NCBI GenBank assembly: GCA_045646345.1
Contig: JAZRKN010000005.1
Span: 1 to 64,000 of the forward strand
DNA length: 64,000 bases
Source: Candidatus Scatovivens sp.
Lineage (GTDB): Bacteria; Bacillota; Clostridia; TANB77; CAG-508
Direction: 5' to 3'
Positions 40,552 to 51,609 of the stretch are shown in pieces. The position numbers and the translations under genes were made by a program. Below the pieces are notes generated by a model, which saw nothing but the letters and a program-made list of their open reading frames with translations, had not been told where the DNA came from and searched no databases. Within the stretch, counting starts at the first letter, position 1. The number at the start of each line of letters is the position of its first letter.

Positions 40552-41076
40552 ATGAGAGAAGTAAATGAGCCTGGTAATAGCAATCCGGAAGCTTTTGAAA
40601 GACTTATTAATACTGTAAAAGTTAAATTGTATAAAACAGGAATGGCAATTTTAAAAAATGATGACGATGTATGTGATGCTATTCAAGAAACTTTAATGAG
40701 TGCTTATAAAAATTTTAGTAATTTAAAAGAAGTTCAATTTTTTGATACTTGGATTACAAGAATTCTTATTAATAAATGTTATGACATAATTAAAAAGAAT
40801 AAAAAAGTTGCTTATTTAAATGAAAAAATGGAAGTAGAAGCTAATGAATCTTATTATGATAGATATAAAGAAGATTCAACAGTTGAAAGAGTTTTAAGTC
40901 AAATAAATCCTGAATTAAAACTTGTTAGTGTTTTATATTATTATGATGAATTCTCAGTTAAAGAAATCTCCGAAATGCTTAACATCCCAGAAGGAACAGT
41001 AAAATCTAGATTAGCAAGAGCGCGAGACAAAATGTATGAGATATTAAAAATGGAAGAAGGTGAACGCATTGGATAA
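40552..41076 (+). CDS. ECF RNA polymerase sigma factor
   Basis: DAIQET, WITRILIN.C.D, IPEGTVKSRLARAR. Confidence 0.92.
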   Translation: MREVNEPGNSNPEAFERLINTVKVKLYKTGMAILKNDDDVCDAIQETLMSAYKNFSNLKEVQFFDTWITRILINKCYDIIKKNKKVAYLNEKMEVEANESYYDRYKEDSTVERVLSQINPELKLVSVLYYYDEFSVKEISEMLNIPEGTVKSRLARARDKMYEILKMEEGERIG

Positions 41077-43012
41077 TCAAAAAGATTTTTATATTAAAAG
41101 CAAATTTAAACAAGACGATTTAATTTCAAAAAATGCAGACGAGGTATTTAATAATTTTTTAAGAGGTGAAATAAAAATGGAAGAAGAAAAAGTAGTAAAT
41201 ATTAATAATACTACAAAAGAGAAAGAATCGAAAAAAACAAATATAAGAAAAATATTATCAATAGCAGCAACTTTGGTTGTAATCTTTTTAGGAGCAAACG
41301 TTTATGCTGCAACACAAGGATATAATAATATATTTTTTATTATAAATAATTTATTTAATCCAACAGAAATTACAGATCCAAATGAAATATTAACAGATAG
41401 AGATATTATAATCTCATATAGACCGATTGAAGTAAGCAAAGGTTTAAGTATTCAAATTAACAGATTAATAGTAAAAGATAATGAAGCTGTTCTTTATTTA
41501 GATGTAGAAAATGGTGAGTCTAAAGAAGAAATTGATACAATTGCAGTATATGATATAACAGATGGAAAAAAAGAATTAATAGCAAATCATTCAGCTTTAA
41601 GCAAAAAAGAAGGACGTCATACAGAAGAAATTAAATTAACAAAATTTTCAAATAAAACAGAATCAATTCAATTAGATCTACAAGATAAAGAGTTTAACAA
41701 AGTAATTTCTTTTGAAATTAACTTGGATAAAAAAGAAATTAATATATTATCAGCTTCTGAAAAAGAAATGAAAAAAATATCAGAAGTAGAATTAAAAGAG
41801 TTTTTATCAAAAATAGTAAGAATTAATTTCTTTAAAGATAAAGATGCGTTAACTAAATATCATACAGAACAAGAATACAAAGATGAAATTAAAGTATTAT
41901 ATGCTTTAGAATTATTGGATAAAGAAAAAGCTAGCTTCGAAGAAGTTCATAAAGTAATAAAAGAATTTACAGGAGAAACTTTTGAAGATCCAATAAGCTT
42001 AGCCAATATAGTAGTTACCAAATATGATGATGGTTATAAATATGTAACTGAAAAAGATATGCATCAAGTTAAAGCATTGTGTTTAGAAGTTTCTGATATA
42101 AAATATTCTAATGGTATATATACAGTAAGTTGTATATATACATATCCAACAGATGAGGATTATAAAAATAATAAAATAGAAGAATTAGATAAATTTACAA
42201 CAACATTTGAATTTACATTAAATGAAAATTATGAATATACAGAATTTTGTGTATTATCTGTAAATGATTTTGTAAGTAGTTTATATGAAGTAAGTAAAGA
42301 AACAGAAGATGATATTGTAGAAATTCCAGACGAAAATGAAGAAAACAATTCTGAAAATAAAGAAGATAATTCAGATGATAAAGAAGTACCAGAAAACAAC
42401 AATGAAAATAACAACCAATCAAATTCAAACGAAAATTCTGGAACAATACCAGAGCCGCCAGCAAATACAAATCCATCAGATAGTACTGTTATAAATCCAG
42501 GAAATGTTGATAATTATGCATCAACAATGGTATGGAATGATTTCTTTACACCAGGATTAAGAGGAAAAATGCCAGCTGGATGGAATATAAAAGAATTTAT
42601 AACATCATATAAAGGACAAGAAGATGATGGAAAACTTGCTAAATCAGTATCAGGAGTTGCAATAGGAATAAACAAAGAAACAAACGAAATTGTAAGATCA
42701 AATTTAATAATTAATTTTTATATGCCTGAATTTATAGAAGCAGGAAATACATTAGATTATACAAGAATTGTAGCAAACAGATATAACATGGAAGCTTCAG
42801 AAGCAGGATATACAAGTAATGAAGGTATGGATTGGAAAATGGTTGTAGAACCATATAACAATAGAGAATTTTATTGTCATTATGAACCAATGTATGGTAG
42901 TGCTGAAGGTGTAGGATATGTTGTAGAAATTATTTGTGACAATTATGATAACTATAAAGTAATAAATATAATTAACTGGATATTCGGAAATTTAAAAGGA
43001 GCATCTTTTTAA
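41060..43012 (+). CDS. Probable anti-sigma factor with large extracellular domain
   Basis: Overlaps the ECF gene; short cytoplasmic part, single TM (SIAATLVVIFLGANVYAA), large C-terminal region. Confidence 0.7.
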   Translation: MNALDNQKDFYIKSKFKQDDLISKNADEVFNNFLRGEIKMEEEKVVNINNTTKEKESKKTNIRKILSIAATLVVIFLGANVYAATQGYNNIFFIINNLFNPTEITDPNEILTDRDIIISYRPIEVSKGLSIQINRLIVKDNEAVLYLDVENGESKEEIDTIAVYDITDGKKELIANHSALSKKEGRHTEEIKLTKFSNKTESIQLDLQDKEFNKVISFEINLDKKEINILSASEKEMKKISEVELKEFLSKIVRINFFKDKDALTKYHTEQEYKDEIKVLYALELLDKEKASFEEVHKVIKEFTGETFEDPISLANIVVTKYDDGYKYVTEKDMHQVKALCLEVSDIKYSNGIYTVSCIYTYPTDEDYKNNKIEELDKFTTTFEFTLNENYEYTEFCVLSVNDFVSSLYEVSKETEDDIVEIPDENEENNSENKEDNSDDKEVPENNNENNNQSNSNENSGTIPEPPANTNPSDSTVINPGNVDNYASTMVWNDFFTPGLRGKMPAGWNIKEFITSYKGQEDDGKLAKSVSGVAIGINKETNEIVRSNLIINFYMPEFIEAGNTLDYTRIVANRYNMEASEAGYTSNEGMDWKMVVEPYNNREFYCHYEPMYGSAEGVGYVVEIICDNYDNYKVINIINWIFGNLKGASF

Positions 43013-43226
43013 TTGATATAAAATGAAAACGTAAGGATTATACTAAAAAAATGGTATAATCCTTGTTTTTTTATTGATTTTTAAAGAAAAAACGAAGAAA
43101 AAGCTTTAAAATACTTGATGTTTCTTGCAATTACGAAAAAGATAGTATATAATTATGTGGCATTTTTAAATAATATATTAAAAATGGAGTAATATATTAT
43201 ATATAAATATAAGAAAGGAAAAAGAA

Positions 43227-46200
43227 ATGAATTCATTAATCAAAACAGTACCAAATGTTAAAAAGTTTAATGACTATTTGTTTGAGCTTAATAAAGGCAC
43301 TACACCAATTATGCTATCAGGTTTAACTGATGTGGGAAAAATCCATATGGCTTATGCTACGAAATTTTATAGTGAAAAGCCAATTTGTATTATTACTTAT
43401 AATGAAATGCAAGCGAAAAAAATAATAAAAGATTTAGATTTCTTTGGCGAAAAAGTAAGATTTTTTCCTAAAAGAGATGTAATTAGTTTTGACTATGTGG
43501 CAGAAAGTAAAGATACATTATTTAAAAGAATATCTGTATTAAATGCTTTAGTAAAAAACGAAAAGAAAATTGTAGTTACTACAATAGAAGCAGCAATGCA
43601 AAAAATGATTACTAAAGAAAACTTATATAAAAACGTAATGAAATTAAAAGTAGGGGCTCAAGTTGATCTTGAAGTTTTGAAAGAAAAGTTAGTACTACTT
43701 GGATATGAAAGATATGATTTGATAGAAGGAAAAGGCCAATTTAGTGTAAGAGGTGGTATTGTTGATATTGCTACTTCTGTAAATAGCGGTGTTAGAATTG
43801 AATTTTGGGGAGATGAAATAGATTCTATTAGAAAATTTAGTTTAACAACGCAAAGAACTGTGAAAATGTTAGATGAAATAGAAATTTATCCATCTTATGA
43901 ATTTCTATTAACAGACAAAGTAGAAACAGTTTGTGAAAGAATTGGGGAAAAATTTTATCCAAATTCTGTTAAAGAAAAAGTTAAAGAAGATATTTTCCAA
44001 ATTCAAAATGGTGACTTCTTGACAAAAATTGACAAATATTTTGATTGTTTTTATACAGAAACAGCAACACTTTTAGATTACTTAGAAGATGACTGTATAA
44101 TATTTATAGATGAAATTGCAAAAATAAAAGCAAGAGCGGAAAATATAACTAAAGATAATACTCATTTAATAAAAGATTTAACTGAGAAAAATAAAATTGT
44201 TCCAGGAATCTTGACAGAGATGAAAGATTACATCAAATTCTCTGAAGGTTTAACTAAAAAACAAGTTGTTTATTTAGAAAAACAAGACATAGGTTTTGTG
44301 GATAAAGAAAGTATGCATGCAAAAAGAAACGGATATAGCTTTAGCTATAGGGAGGTCAACTTTTTTCGTAGTTCAATGGATTTACTGTTTCAGGAACTAC
44401 AAGAAGCAATTAACAGAGGGAAACAAACAGTAATTCTAGGCGGAAGCACGGAAAATTGTCGCAAGCTTGCGAACTTACTTTTAGAAAAAGAAATACCAAA
44501 TATATATGCTGATTTTTTAGAAGATGACTTAACTCTTGGTGTGGTAAACATCACACCAGGAGCTTTTTCTGCGGGATTTGAATTTTATGATGCAGAACTT
44601 TTAGTAATTTCTACAGAAGAAATTTTTGAAAGCAAACCTCAAAAAAGATTAAAAACTCCAAGTGCTTTTAAAGAAGGAGAAGTAGTTGTATTTGCAGATT
44701 TAAAAGAAGGTGACTTTATAGTTCATAAAGCACACGGAATCGGACAATATCTTGGTGTAAATACAATTAGAGCAGATGGTATAACAAAAGATTATATAAA
44801 ATTAAAGTATAAAGATGATGATATTTTATATATTCCAACAAATAGTTTGGATAACATCAGAAAATATGTTGGACCAGAAAAAGTAGGACCAAAATTAAAT
44901 AGACTTGGTTCTAAAGAATGGGATAAGACAAAAGCAAGAGTAAAAAGTAATTTAAGAGAAGTTGCAGAAGAACTAATTGAATTATATGCAAAGCGTCAAA
45001 AAATGGAAGGATTCGCATTCTCGAAAGATACACCATGGCAACAAGAGTTCGAAGATAGTTTTAAATATGTTGAAACAGACGACCAATTAAGATGTATTGA
45101 TGAAGTAAAAAAAGATATGGAAAAACCTAAACCGATGGACAGATTATTATGTGGTGATGTTGGTTATGGAAAAACAGAAGTTGCTATAAGAGCAGCATTT
45201 AAATCGGTAATGGATCAAAAACAAGTTGTTTATTTAGTTCCAACAACAGTTTTAGCTCAACAACAATATGAGAGTTTTAGAGACAGAATGAAGGAATATC
45301 CTGTAAGAATAGAACTTTTAAATAGATTTAGAACTAAAAAAGAACAAGAAGATACATTAAAAAGACTAGAACTTGGAGAAACAGATATTTTAGTTGGAAC
45401 TCATAGAGTTTTAAGTAAAGATGTTAACTTTAAAAATCTAGGATTACTAATTATAGATGAAGAGCATAGATTTGGAGTTAAAGCAAAAGAGAAAATAAAA
45501 GAAATGAAAAATTCAATTGATGTATTAACAATGACAGCAACTCCAATTCCTAGAACTTTACACATGTCTGTGGTTGGTATGAGAGATATGTCTGTAATTT
45601 ATGAACCACCACAAAATAGAAAACCAGTTCAAACTTATGTTTTAGAATACGATAAAGAAGTTGTAAAAGAAGCAATAACTCGTGAACTTGAAAAAGGTGG
45701 GCAAGTATTTTATCTATTTAACAATGTTGAAGGAATAGAGAAAAAAGCATTCGAAATATCAGAACTTGTTGAAGAAGCAAAAGTAGAATATGCTCATGGA
45801 AAAATGACAGGTAATCAACTAGAAAATATTATGCAAAACTTTGTTGATGGTAAATGTAATGTATTAGTATGCACAACAATATTAGAATCAGGAATTGATA
45901 TTCCAAATGCAAATACTATAATTGTTGAAAATGCTGATAGATTAGGATTAGCTCAACTTTATCAAATAAGAGGAAGGGTAGGGCGTTCAGAAAAGCAAGC
46001 CTATGCATATATAACTTATAGAAGAGATAAATTATTATCTGAAGTTGCTGATAAAAGGTTAAAAGCAATAAAAGAATTTACAGAATTTGGATCTGGTTTC
46101 AAAATAGCAATGAGAGATTTAGAGATTCGTGGTGCTGGAAGTTTAATGGGAGAAATACAACATGGTCATATGGAACAAATTGGATATGATATGTATTGCA

Positions 46201-46682
46201 AACTTCTAGATGAGGTTGTAAAAGAAATCAGAGGAGAAGAAATAATTGAAGAAGTAGATGTTCAAATTGAATTAGATGTTACAAGTTATATTCCTGAAGA
46301 ATATATTGAAAATGCGGGATTTAAAATTGAAGTATATCAAAATATTGCTCTATGTAAATCAGAAGAAGATATTGAGAATGTGACAGATGAAATAATAGAT
46401 AGATTTGGGCAAATGCCATATGAAGTAGAAAATCTATTGGATATTGCAAGAATAAAAATATTATCTAGAGAAAAATCAATTTTTAAAGTTGCCCAAAGAA
46501 AAGAGAATGTTATTTTTTATTTTGATAATACGAAATTTAATTTTGATGTAGTAGAGAAACTTATGAAATTATACAGAAATAGAATTAAGTTCTCACCATC
46601 AAAAGAACCTTATATAACATTTAAAATTGCTGAACTTAAAAATATTTTAGAAGAAGTGAAAGATTTTTTAAATAAATTATAA
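43227..46682 (+). CDS. mfd: Transcription-repair coupling factor
   Basis: CGDVGYGKTEVA, DEEHRFGV, TATPIPRT, DLEIRGAG. Confidence 0.97.
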   Translation: MNSLIKTVPNVKKFNDYLFELNKGTTPIMLSGLTDVGKIHMAYATKFYSEKPICIITYNEMQAKKIIKDLDFFGEKVRFFPKRDVISFDYVAESKDTLFKRISVLNALVKNEKKIVVTTIEAAMQKMITKENLYKNVMKLKVGAQVDLEVLKEKLVLLGYERYDLIEGKGQFSVRGGIVDIATSVNSGVRIEFWGDEIDSIRKFSLTTQRTVKMLDEIEIYPSYEFLLTDKVETVCERIGEKFYPNSVKEKVKEDIFQIQNGDFLTKIDKYFDCFYTETATLLDYLEDDCIIFIDEIAKIKARAENITKDNTHLIKDLTEKNKIVPGILTEMKDYIKFSEGLTKKQVVYLEKQDIGFVDKESMHAKRNGYSFSYREVNFFRSSMDLLFQELQEAINRGKQTVILGGSTENCRKLANLLLEKEIPNIYADFLEDDLTLGVVNITPGAFSAGFEFYDAELLVISTEEIFESKPQKRLKTPSAFKEGEVVVFADLKEGDFIVHKAHGIGQYLGVNTIRADGITKDYIKLKYKDDDILYIPTNSLDNIRKYVGPEKVGPKLNRLGSKEWDKTKARVKSNLREVAEELIELYAKRQKMEGFAFSKDTPWQQEFEDSFKYVETDDQLRCIDEVKKDMEKPKPMDRLLCGDVGYGKTEVAIRAAFKSVMDQKQVVYLVPTTVLAQQQYESFRDRMKEYPVRIELLNRFRTKKEQEDTLKRLELGETDILVGTHRVLSKDVNFKNLGLLIIDEEHRFGVKAKEKIKEMKNSIDVLTMTATPIPRTLHMSVVGMRDMSVIYEPPQNRKPVQTYVLEYDKEVVKEAITRELEKGGQVFYLFNNVEGIEKKAFEISELVEEAKVEYAHGKMTGNQLENIMQNFVDGKCNVLVCTTILESGIDIPNANTIIVENADRLGLAQLYQIRGRVGRSEKQAYAYITYRRDKLLSEVADKRLKAIKEFTEFGSGFKIAMRDLEIRGAGSLMGEIQHGHMEQIGYDMYCKLLDEVVKEIRGEEIIEEVDVQIELDVTSYIPEEYIENAGFKIEVYQNIALCKSEEDIENVTDEIIDRFGQMPYEVENLLDIARIKILSREKSIFKVAQRKENVIFYFDNTKFNFDVVEKLMKLYRNRIKFSPSKEPYITFKIAELKNILEEVKDFLNKL

Positions 46683-46756
46683 AAATAGAAAACCACCGCG
46701 AAAATTATTTTTGCGGTGGCTTTTTTGTGTATCAATACGATACTGAGGATAGCGAT

Positions 46757-47281
46757 TTAGCCTTTCATACTTAAAATGTGACTGTTACAGTCTTCACTAA
46801 CTTCGAACAATCCAACGGCTCTACGAAAGATATCTTCTGGATCAACGATTTTTTTGATTTCGTTTAAGATATCTTCATTGAACTCGTTGGTATCTGAAGA
46901 GCTGAATTTGAAAGTGAATTCATAATTGCAAACGTCAAATTCAAGCAATTTAAATCCTTTTGCATTCAAATAATCATGAACACTAGAGATTTTGTCGTAA
47001 TACTTCACACTGATAAGCAATGTGTCAGAATACTCGTAGAAGTGAACGAGACCAGTGATATATGGAACGGACAAGGTGTCGGTCCAATAAAAGAGTTCTC
47101 GCACTTTATTAAGCGCATCTTCTGAAAACGTTACCTTTTTTGGAAATTCCACATAGATCATATCGTCTTTGACGTAAATTGTACTATCTGTGTGGCCAAG
47201 CGAATGAAGGTATGCTTTCAAGTGGGTAATTGCTATTGATGTTGGGGTTTCGCTTACTACTGAATTTTCTCTTTGGGTCAT
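46757..47281 (-). CDS. ORFan protein with an internal two-fold repeat
   Basis: AGGAGG SD before ATG 47281; promoter TTGATT-17-TACAAT; codon usage unlike host. Confidence 0.7.
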   Translation of the reverse strand: MTQRENSVVSETPTSIAITHLKAYLHSLGHTDSTIYVKDDMIYVEFPKKVTFSEDALNKVRELFYWTDTLSVPYITGLVHFYEYSDTLLISVKYYDKISSVHDYLNAKGFKLLEFDVCNYEFTFKFSSSDTNEFNEDILNEIKKIVDPEDIFRRAVGLFEVSEDCNSHILSMKG

Positions 47282-47524
47282 GCTATTCCTCCTTGTAGGG
47301 TTCAAAAAATTTGCTACAGTTTTTATTGTATCACGAATTGAAAGAAAAATCAAATATATCAATGTGTTGAGATGTTTTTAATTAATATAAACATTTTTAA
47401 TCACAAATATTTACGTAAACCATTTGAATGTGATATAATATATATGCTTGAAAAAAATTAATAAAATCTGAATAATATTTTATTAATTAGATAAAAATAA
47501 TAAAAAATATAAAGGTGAGAAAAA

Positions 47525-48319
47525 ATGTTAATTACAAGTAAAGATAATGAAACTGTAAAACATATAAAAAAGTTAAAAGAAAAGAAATATAGGGAAGAGT
47601 TTAAAGAGTTTATTGTTGAAGGAATAAAAATGATAGAAGAGGCTATTAATGAAATGGCTGAAATAAAATCTATTATTATATGTGACGATTGCAAAACTAC
47701 AGGATGTATTCCGAATGAACTTATGTATGAAATTGCAAAATATGATTGTATATATGTTTCTGAAAAAGTATTTAGCTATATATCAGATGTAATGAATCCA
47801 CAAGGAATAATGGCTGTTATTAGAAAACCAGAAATTAAAGAAAATGCAATAGATTTTGATGAAGATAACTTTTTGATATTAGATAATATTCAAGACCCAG
47901 GCAATATGGGGACAATTTTAAGAACTGCAGATAGTTTGAATTTTAAACAAATCATAGTTTCTAAAGATACTGCTGATATTTATAATCCAAAAGTTGTAAG
48001 ATCAACAATGGGAGCAATTTTTAGAATAAAAGTGGTTGTATCGAATGATTTAGTTAAAACAATAAAAGAACTTAAAAAACATAAAATAAAAGTTTACGCA
48101 ACTGACTTAAGAACTGATAAAAGTATTTATGATGTAGAATATAAAAAGTCTGCTATAGTAATTGGGAATGAAGCAAATGGTGTTTCTGAAGAAGTATTAA
48201 ATGAAGCAAGTGTTAGAATAAAAATACCTATGAGTGGAAAAACAGAAAGTTTAAATGCGGCTGTTGCAACAAGTATTATTTTGTATGAAGCGTATAGAAG
48301 TACTGGAAAAATAAAATAG
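47525..48319 (+). CDS. TrmH/SpoU family RNA methyltransferase
   Basis: QDPGNMGTILRT, GNEANG, ESLNAAVA. Confidence 0.92.
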   Translation: MLITSKDNETVKHIKKLKEKKYREEFKEFIVEGIKMIEEAINEMAEIKSIIICDDCKTTGCIPNELMYEIAKYDCIYVSEKVFSYISDVMNPQGIMAVIRKPEIKENAIDFDEDNFLILDNIQDPGNMGTILRTADSLNFKQIIVSKDTADIYNPKVVRSTMGAIFRIKVVVSNDLVKTIKELKKHKIKVYATDLRTDKSIYDVEYKKSAIVIGNEANGVSEEVLNEASVRIKIPMSGKTESLNAAVATSIILYEAYRSTGKIK

Positions 48320-48369
48320 AAAAAATAAAAAAAGAAGATAAAGTAATAATTTATCTTCTTTTTGTTTTT

Positions 48370-48915
48370 TTATTGTTCTCCAATTAATAACTCTAAAAGT
48401 CTCGGATAAATATCTGATGCTCTTGTGTTCCAATTTTCAACTATTTTCTTTGCTTGTTCTCTTGAACCAGCGTGAGCTTGAAGATCGAAAATTGTAACAT
48501 TATTTTCAACTATTTTGCATCTTACTGAGAATTCTCTTTCTGTTAAAGGTGTATATTCAGCAGAAATAGAAAACTTATCTTTTATTGTGTCTAAGTTTGC
48601 TTTAAACTTACTATCAACTTCTAATTTTAAAATTCCAGGAACTATATCGATTGTTAAATCAACTGCATTTTTTCCTTCTTTAGTTATTTCATATATTTCA
48701 GTATCTTCTTGTATATATTTAAAAATATAATTATCTTCTAATAAATCTAGTAAAAATTGTTGAAAGTAAAAGTAATTCATATCTACAATTGAAGTTACTA
48801 GTTCTAAAAGCTCATTATGAGATATTGGTTTTCCAACTTTGCTTAAAATGTATAAAAGCAAAATTTTACTTTCAGCCAATGTTTGATCATCTGAATTTAA
48901 TTTCAATTTTAACAA
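48370..48915 (-). CDS. DUF4364 family winged-helix protein
   Basis: KILLLYIL, MNYFYFQQFL, Y.IT.EG, A.SREQA..I..NW. Confidence 0.8.
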   Translation of the reverse strand: MLKLKLNSDDQTLAESKILLLYILSKVGKPISHNELLELVTSIVDMNYFYFQQFLLDLLEDNYIFKYIQEDTEIYEITKEGKNAVDLTIDIVPGILKLEVDSKFKANLDTIKDKFSISAEYTPLTEREFSVRCKIVENNVTIFDLQAHAGSREQAKKIVENWNTRASDIYPRLLELLIGEQ

Positions 48916-49046
48916 CCTCCTTACAATACTAGGCTAATGCTATTATATCACAGAAATTGAAAATGTAAATAAATTTATTGCTCTAATATTATAAACTATG
49001 ATAAAATACAAGCAAATAAACTCAAAAGATAAATAAAGGAGGGACA

Positions 49047-50819
49047 ATGGAAAATAAATATAATTGGGATTTGACAGAGTTTTTTGAAAATGAGGAAGCT
49101 TTAGAAAATTCAATAAAAGAACTATATAATAAATTAGAATTATTAAGAAGTTTTAAAGGAAAACTTGCAAACAGCGTAGATGAGATGTTTAATTGTTATA
49201 AAACTTTAGAACAAGCATTAGAATTACATGAAAAAATTTATGCTTATGCGATGCTAAAATATCATCAAGATATGAGTAAGCAAGAATCAATAAAACTTTA
49301 CAAAAAGATAGAAATGATAACAACAGAGTTTTCAGAAACTGAAAGTTTTCTATCTCCAGAGATAAGCAAAATTTCAGATGAAAGATTAGAAGAATATTTG
49401 AAAGATTCTAGAATGCAAGAATATGAAAAATCAATTCGAGATATCATGAAAGAGAAAAAACATATTTTAAGTGAAGAAGTAGAAGCGGTTTTAGCAAAAT
49501 ATTCTGAAATTTTTTCAAGTAGTGAAAATACCTATGAAATATTTACAAATACAGAATTTGAATATCCTTCAATAATTGATGAAGAAGGTTTTGAACATAA
49601 AATGTCATCAGCTTTATTTTCTAAATATTTAATGAATAAATCTGAAAGTGTAAGAAAACAAGCTTTTGAATCAATGTATTCTTTGTATAAAAAACATATA
49701 AATACAATAACAGAACTGTATTTGGCTAGAGTAAAACAAAGAGTTATATCAAGTAAATTAAGAAATTATGAATCTTCATTAGATGCGGCTACAAACCATG
49801 ATGATTCTAATGTAAAAGTATATGAAACATTACTAAAAGAAGTAAATAAAAATATTCATTTAAATCATGAATATATTAATCTAAAAGCTAAACTTTTAGG
49901 AAAAGAAAAAGTTCATATGTATGATGTATATGTAAATAATTTAGAAGTAGAAGATTCAAAAACAGAGTATGAAGATGCAAAACAAATAGTATTAGATGCC
50001 CTAAAACCAATGGGAGAAAAATATACAGATACTCTAAAAAAAGCTTTTGAAAATAATTGGATTGATGTATATACAAATGATAATAAAATGAGTGGAGCTT
50101 ATAGCTTAGGTGTTCATAACCTTCATCCATTTGTATTATTAAATTATATAAAATCTTCAAGAGATGTTTCTACAATAGCTCATGAACTAGGTCATTCTAT
50201 GCATAGTTTTTATGCAAGCAAAAATCAAAATATAATAAATGCAAATTATACGATTATGGTTGCAGAAGTTGCTTCAACTGTAAATGAAATTTTACTAGCA
50301 AATTATTTAATAAATAAAGAAAATGATGTTAAAAAGAAAATGGCTTTAATACATGAACAATTGGACTTAATAAGAGCAACATTAATAAGACAATCTATGT
50401 TTGCTGAATTTGAAAAAGAAGTTCATGGAAAAGTAGAACTTGGAGAGAGTTTAACATCAGATAATTTAAATGATATTTATTTTGAATTAGTAGAAAAATA
50501 TTTTGGAACAGATTGTATTATTGATGAACAAATAAAATATGAATGGGCAAGAATACCTCATTTCTATAGATGTTTTTATGTTTATAAATATGCAACAGGA
50601 ATTACATCTGCTATAGTAATTGCAAGTAAAATTTTATCAGGTGAAGACGGATATGTTGAAAAATATATAAATATGCTTAGCCAAGGTGGTGCAAAAGATT
50701 CTTTAACACTTTTAAAAATGGTTGATGTAGATTTAGAAAAAGAAGAAACATATGAAGAAGCATTTAAATATTTTGAAAATAATTTAAATGAATTAAAAAT
50801 GTTATTAGAGGCGCAATAA
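49047..50819 (+). CDS. pepF: Oligoendopeptidase F
   Basis: WDL, SGAYS, HELGHSMH, AEVAS, WARIPHFY. Confidence 0.94.
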   Translation: MENKYNWDLTEFFENEEALENSIKELYNKLELLRSFKGKLANSVDEMFNCYKTLEQALELHEKIYAYAMLKYHQDMSKQESIKLYKKIEMITTEFSETESFLSPEISKISDERLEEYLKDSRMQEYEKSIRDIMKEKKHILSEEVEAVLAKYSEIFSSSENTYEIFTNTEFEYPSIIDEEGFEHKMSSALFSKYLMNKSESVRKQAFESMYSLYKKHINTITELYLARVKQRVISSKLRNYESSLDAATNHDDSNVKVYETLLKEVNKNIHLNHEYINLKAKLLGKEKVHMYDVYVNNLEVEDSKTEYEDAKQIVLDALKPMGEKYTDTLKKAFENNWIDVYTNDNKMSGAYSLGVHNLHPFVLLNYIKSSRDVSTIAHELGHSMHSFYASKNQNIINANYTIMVAEVASTVNEILLANYLINKENDVKKKMALIHEQLDLIRATLIRQSMFAEFEKEVHGKVELGESLTSDNLNDIYFELVEKYFGTDCIIDEQIKYEWARIPHFYRCFYVYKYATGITSAIVIASKILSGEDGYVEKYINMLSQGGAKDSLTLLKMVDVDLEKEETYEEAFKYFENNLNELKMLLEAQ

Positions 50820-50831
50820 TTCACACAAAAA
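50818..50831 (+). promoter_or_regulatory. AATTCACACAAAAA, copy 1 (second copy 53131..53144); candidate OmpR/PhoB-type box
   Basis: Identical 14-mers flank the RR-HK pair, each upstream of a promoter. Confidence 0.45.
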
Positions 50832-50913
50832 ACATAATTATATGGTATAAGTATACTGTTAAATTAGATTGATATAAAAGACGTAGAAAAAGTTTAAAAT
50901 ATGGAGGTAAAAA

Positions 50914-51594
50914 ATGGGAGATGCAACAATTTTAATAGTAGATGATGAATCTAGAATGAGAAAGTTAATCAAAGATTTTTTAATACAAAAGAATTTTAAT
51001 ATTTTAGAAGCTGAAGACGGTGAAAAAGCTTTAAAAGTTTATGAAGAAAATAAAGAAAAAATAGATTTAATTTTATTAGATGTAATGATGCCAAAACTAG
51101 ATGGATGGTCTGTGCTTCGTAACATACGTCAAGAAAATAAAAAATTACCAATAGTTATGCTAACAGCAAGAGCAGAAGAACAAGATGAATTGTTTGGATT
51201 TGAACTTGGTGTTGATGAATATATAACTAAACCATTTAGTCCTAAAATTTTAGTTGCCAGAGTTGAATCAATTTTAAAAAGATCAAAACCAGATGCAAAA
51301 GAATTAAAAAGCTATGATGGAATTGTTATAGATAATGAAGGAAGAACAGTAACAGTTGATGGAAAAGCGGTTGAACTAAGCTTTAGAGAATATGAACTTT
51401 TAAAATATTTGTTGGATAATGAAAATATTGCATTATCTAGAGATAAAATATTAAATACTGTTTGGAATTATGATTACTATGGTGATTCAAGAACAATAGA
51501 TAGCCATATCAAAAAAATTAGACATAAATTAGGTAAAAAAGGAAAACACATTCAAACAATTAGAGGAATAGGATATAAGTTCGAAATTAAATAA
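50914..51594 (+). CDS. OmpR/PhoB family response regulator
   Basis: VDDE, LLDVMMP, KPF; winged-helix RTIDSHIKKIR...RGIGY. Confidence 0.95.
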   Translation: MGDATILIVDDESRMRKLIKDFLIQKNFNILEAEDGEKALKVYEENKEKIDLILLDVMMPKLDGWSVLRNIRQENKKLPIVMLTARAEEQDELFGFELGVDEYITKPFSPKILVARVESILKRSKPDAKELKSYDGIVIDNEGRTVTVDGKAVELSFREYELLKYLLDNENIALSRDKILNTVWNYDYYGDSRTIDSHIKKIRHKLGKKGKHIQTIRGIGYKFEIK

Positions 51595-51609
51595 TAAAGG
51601 ATGAAATAA

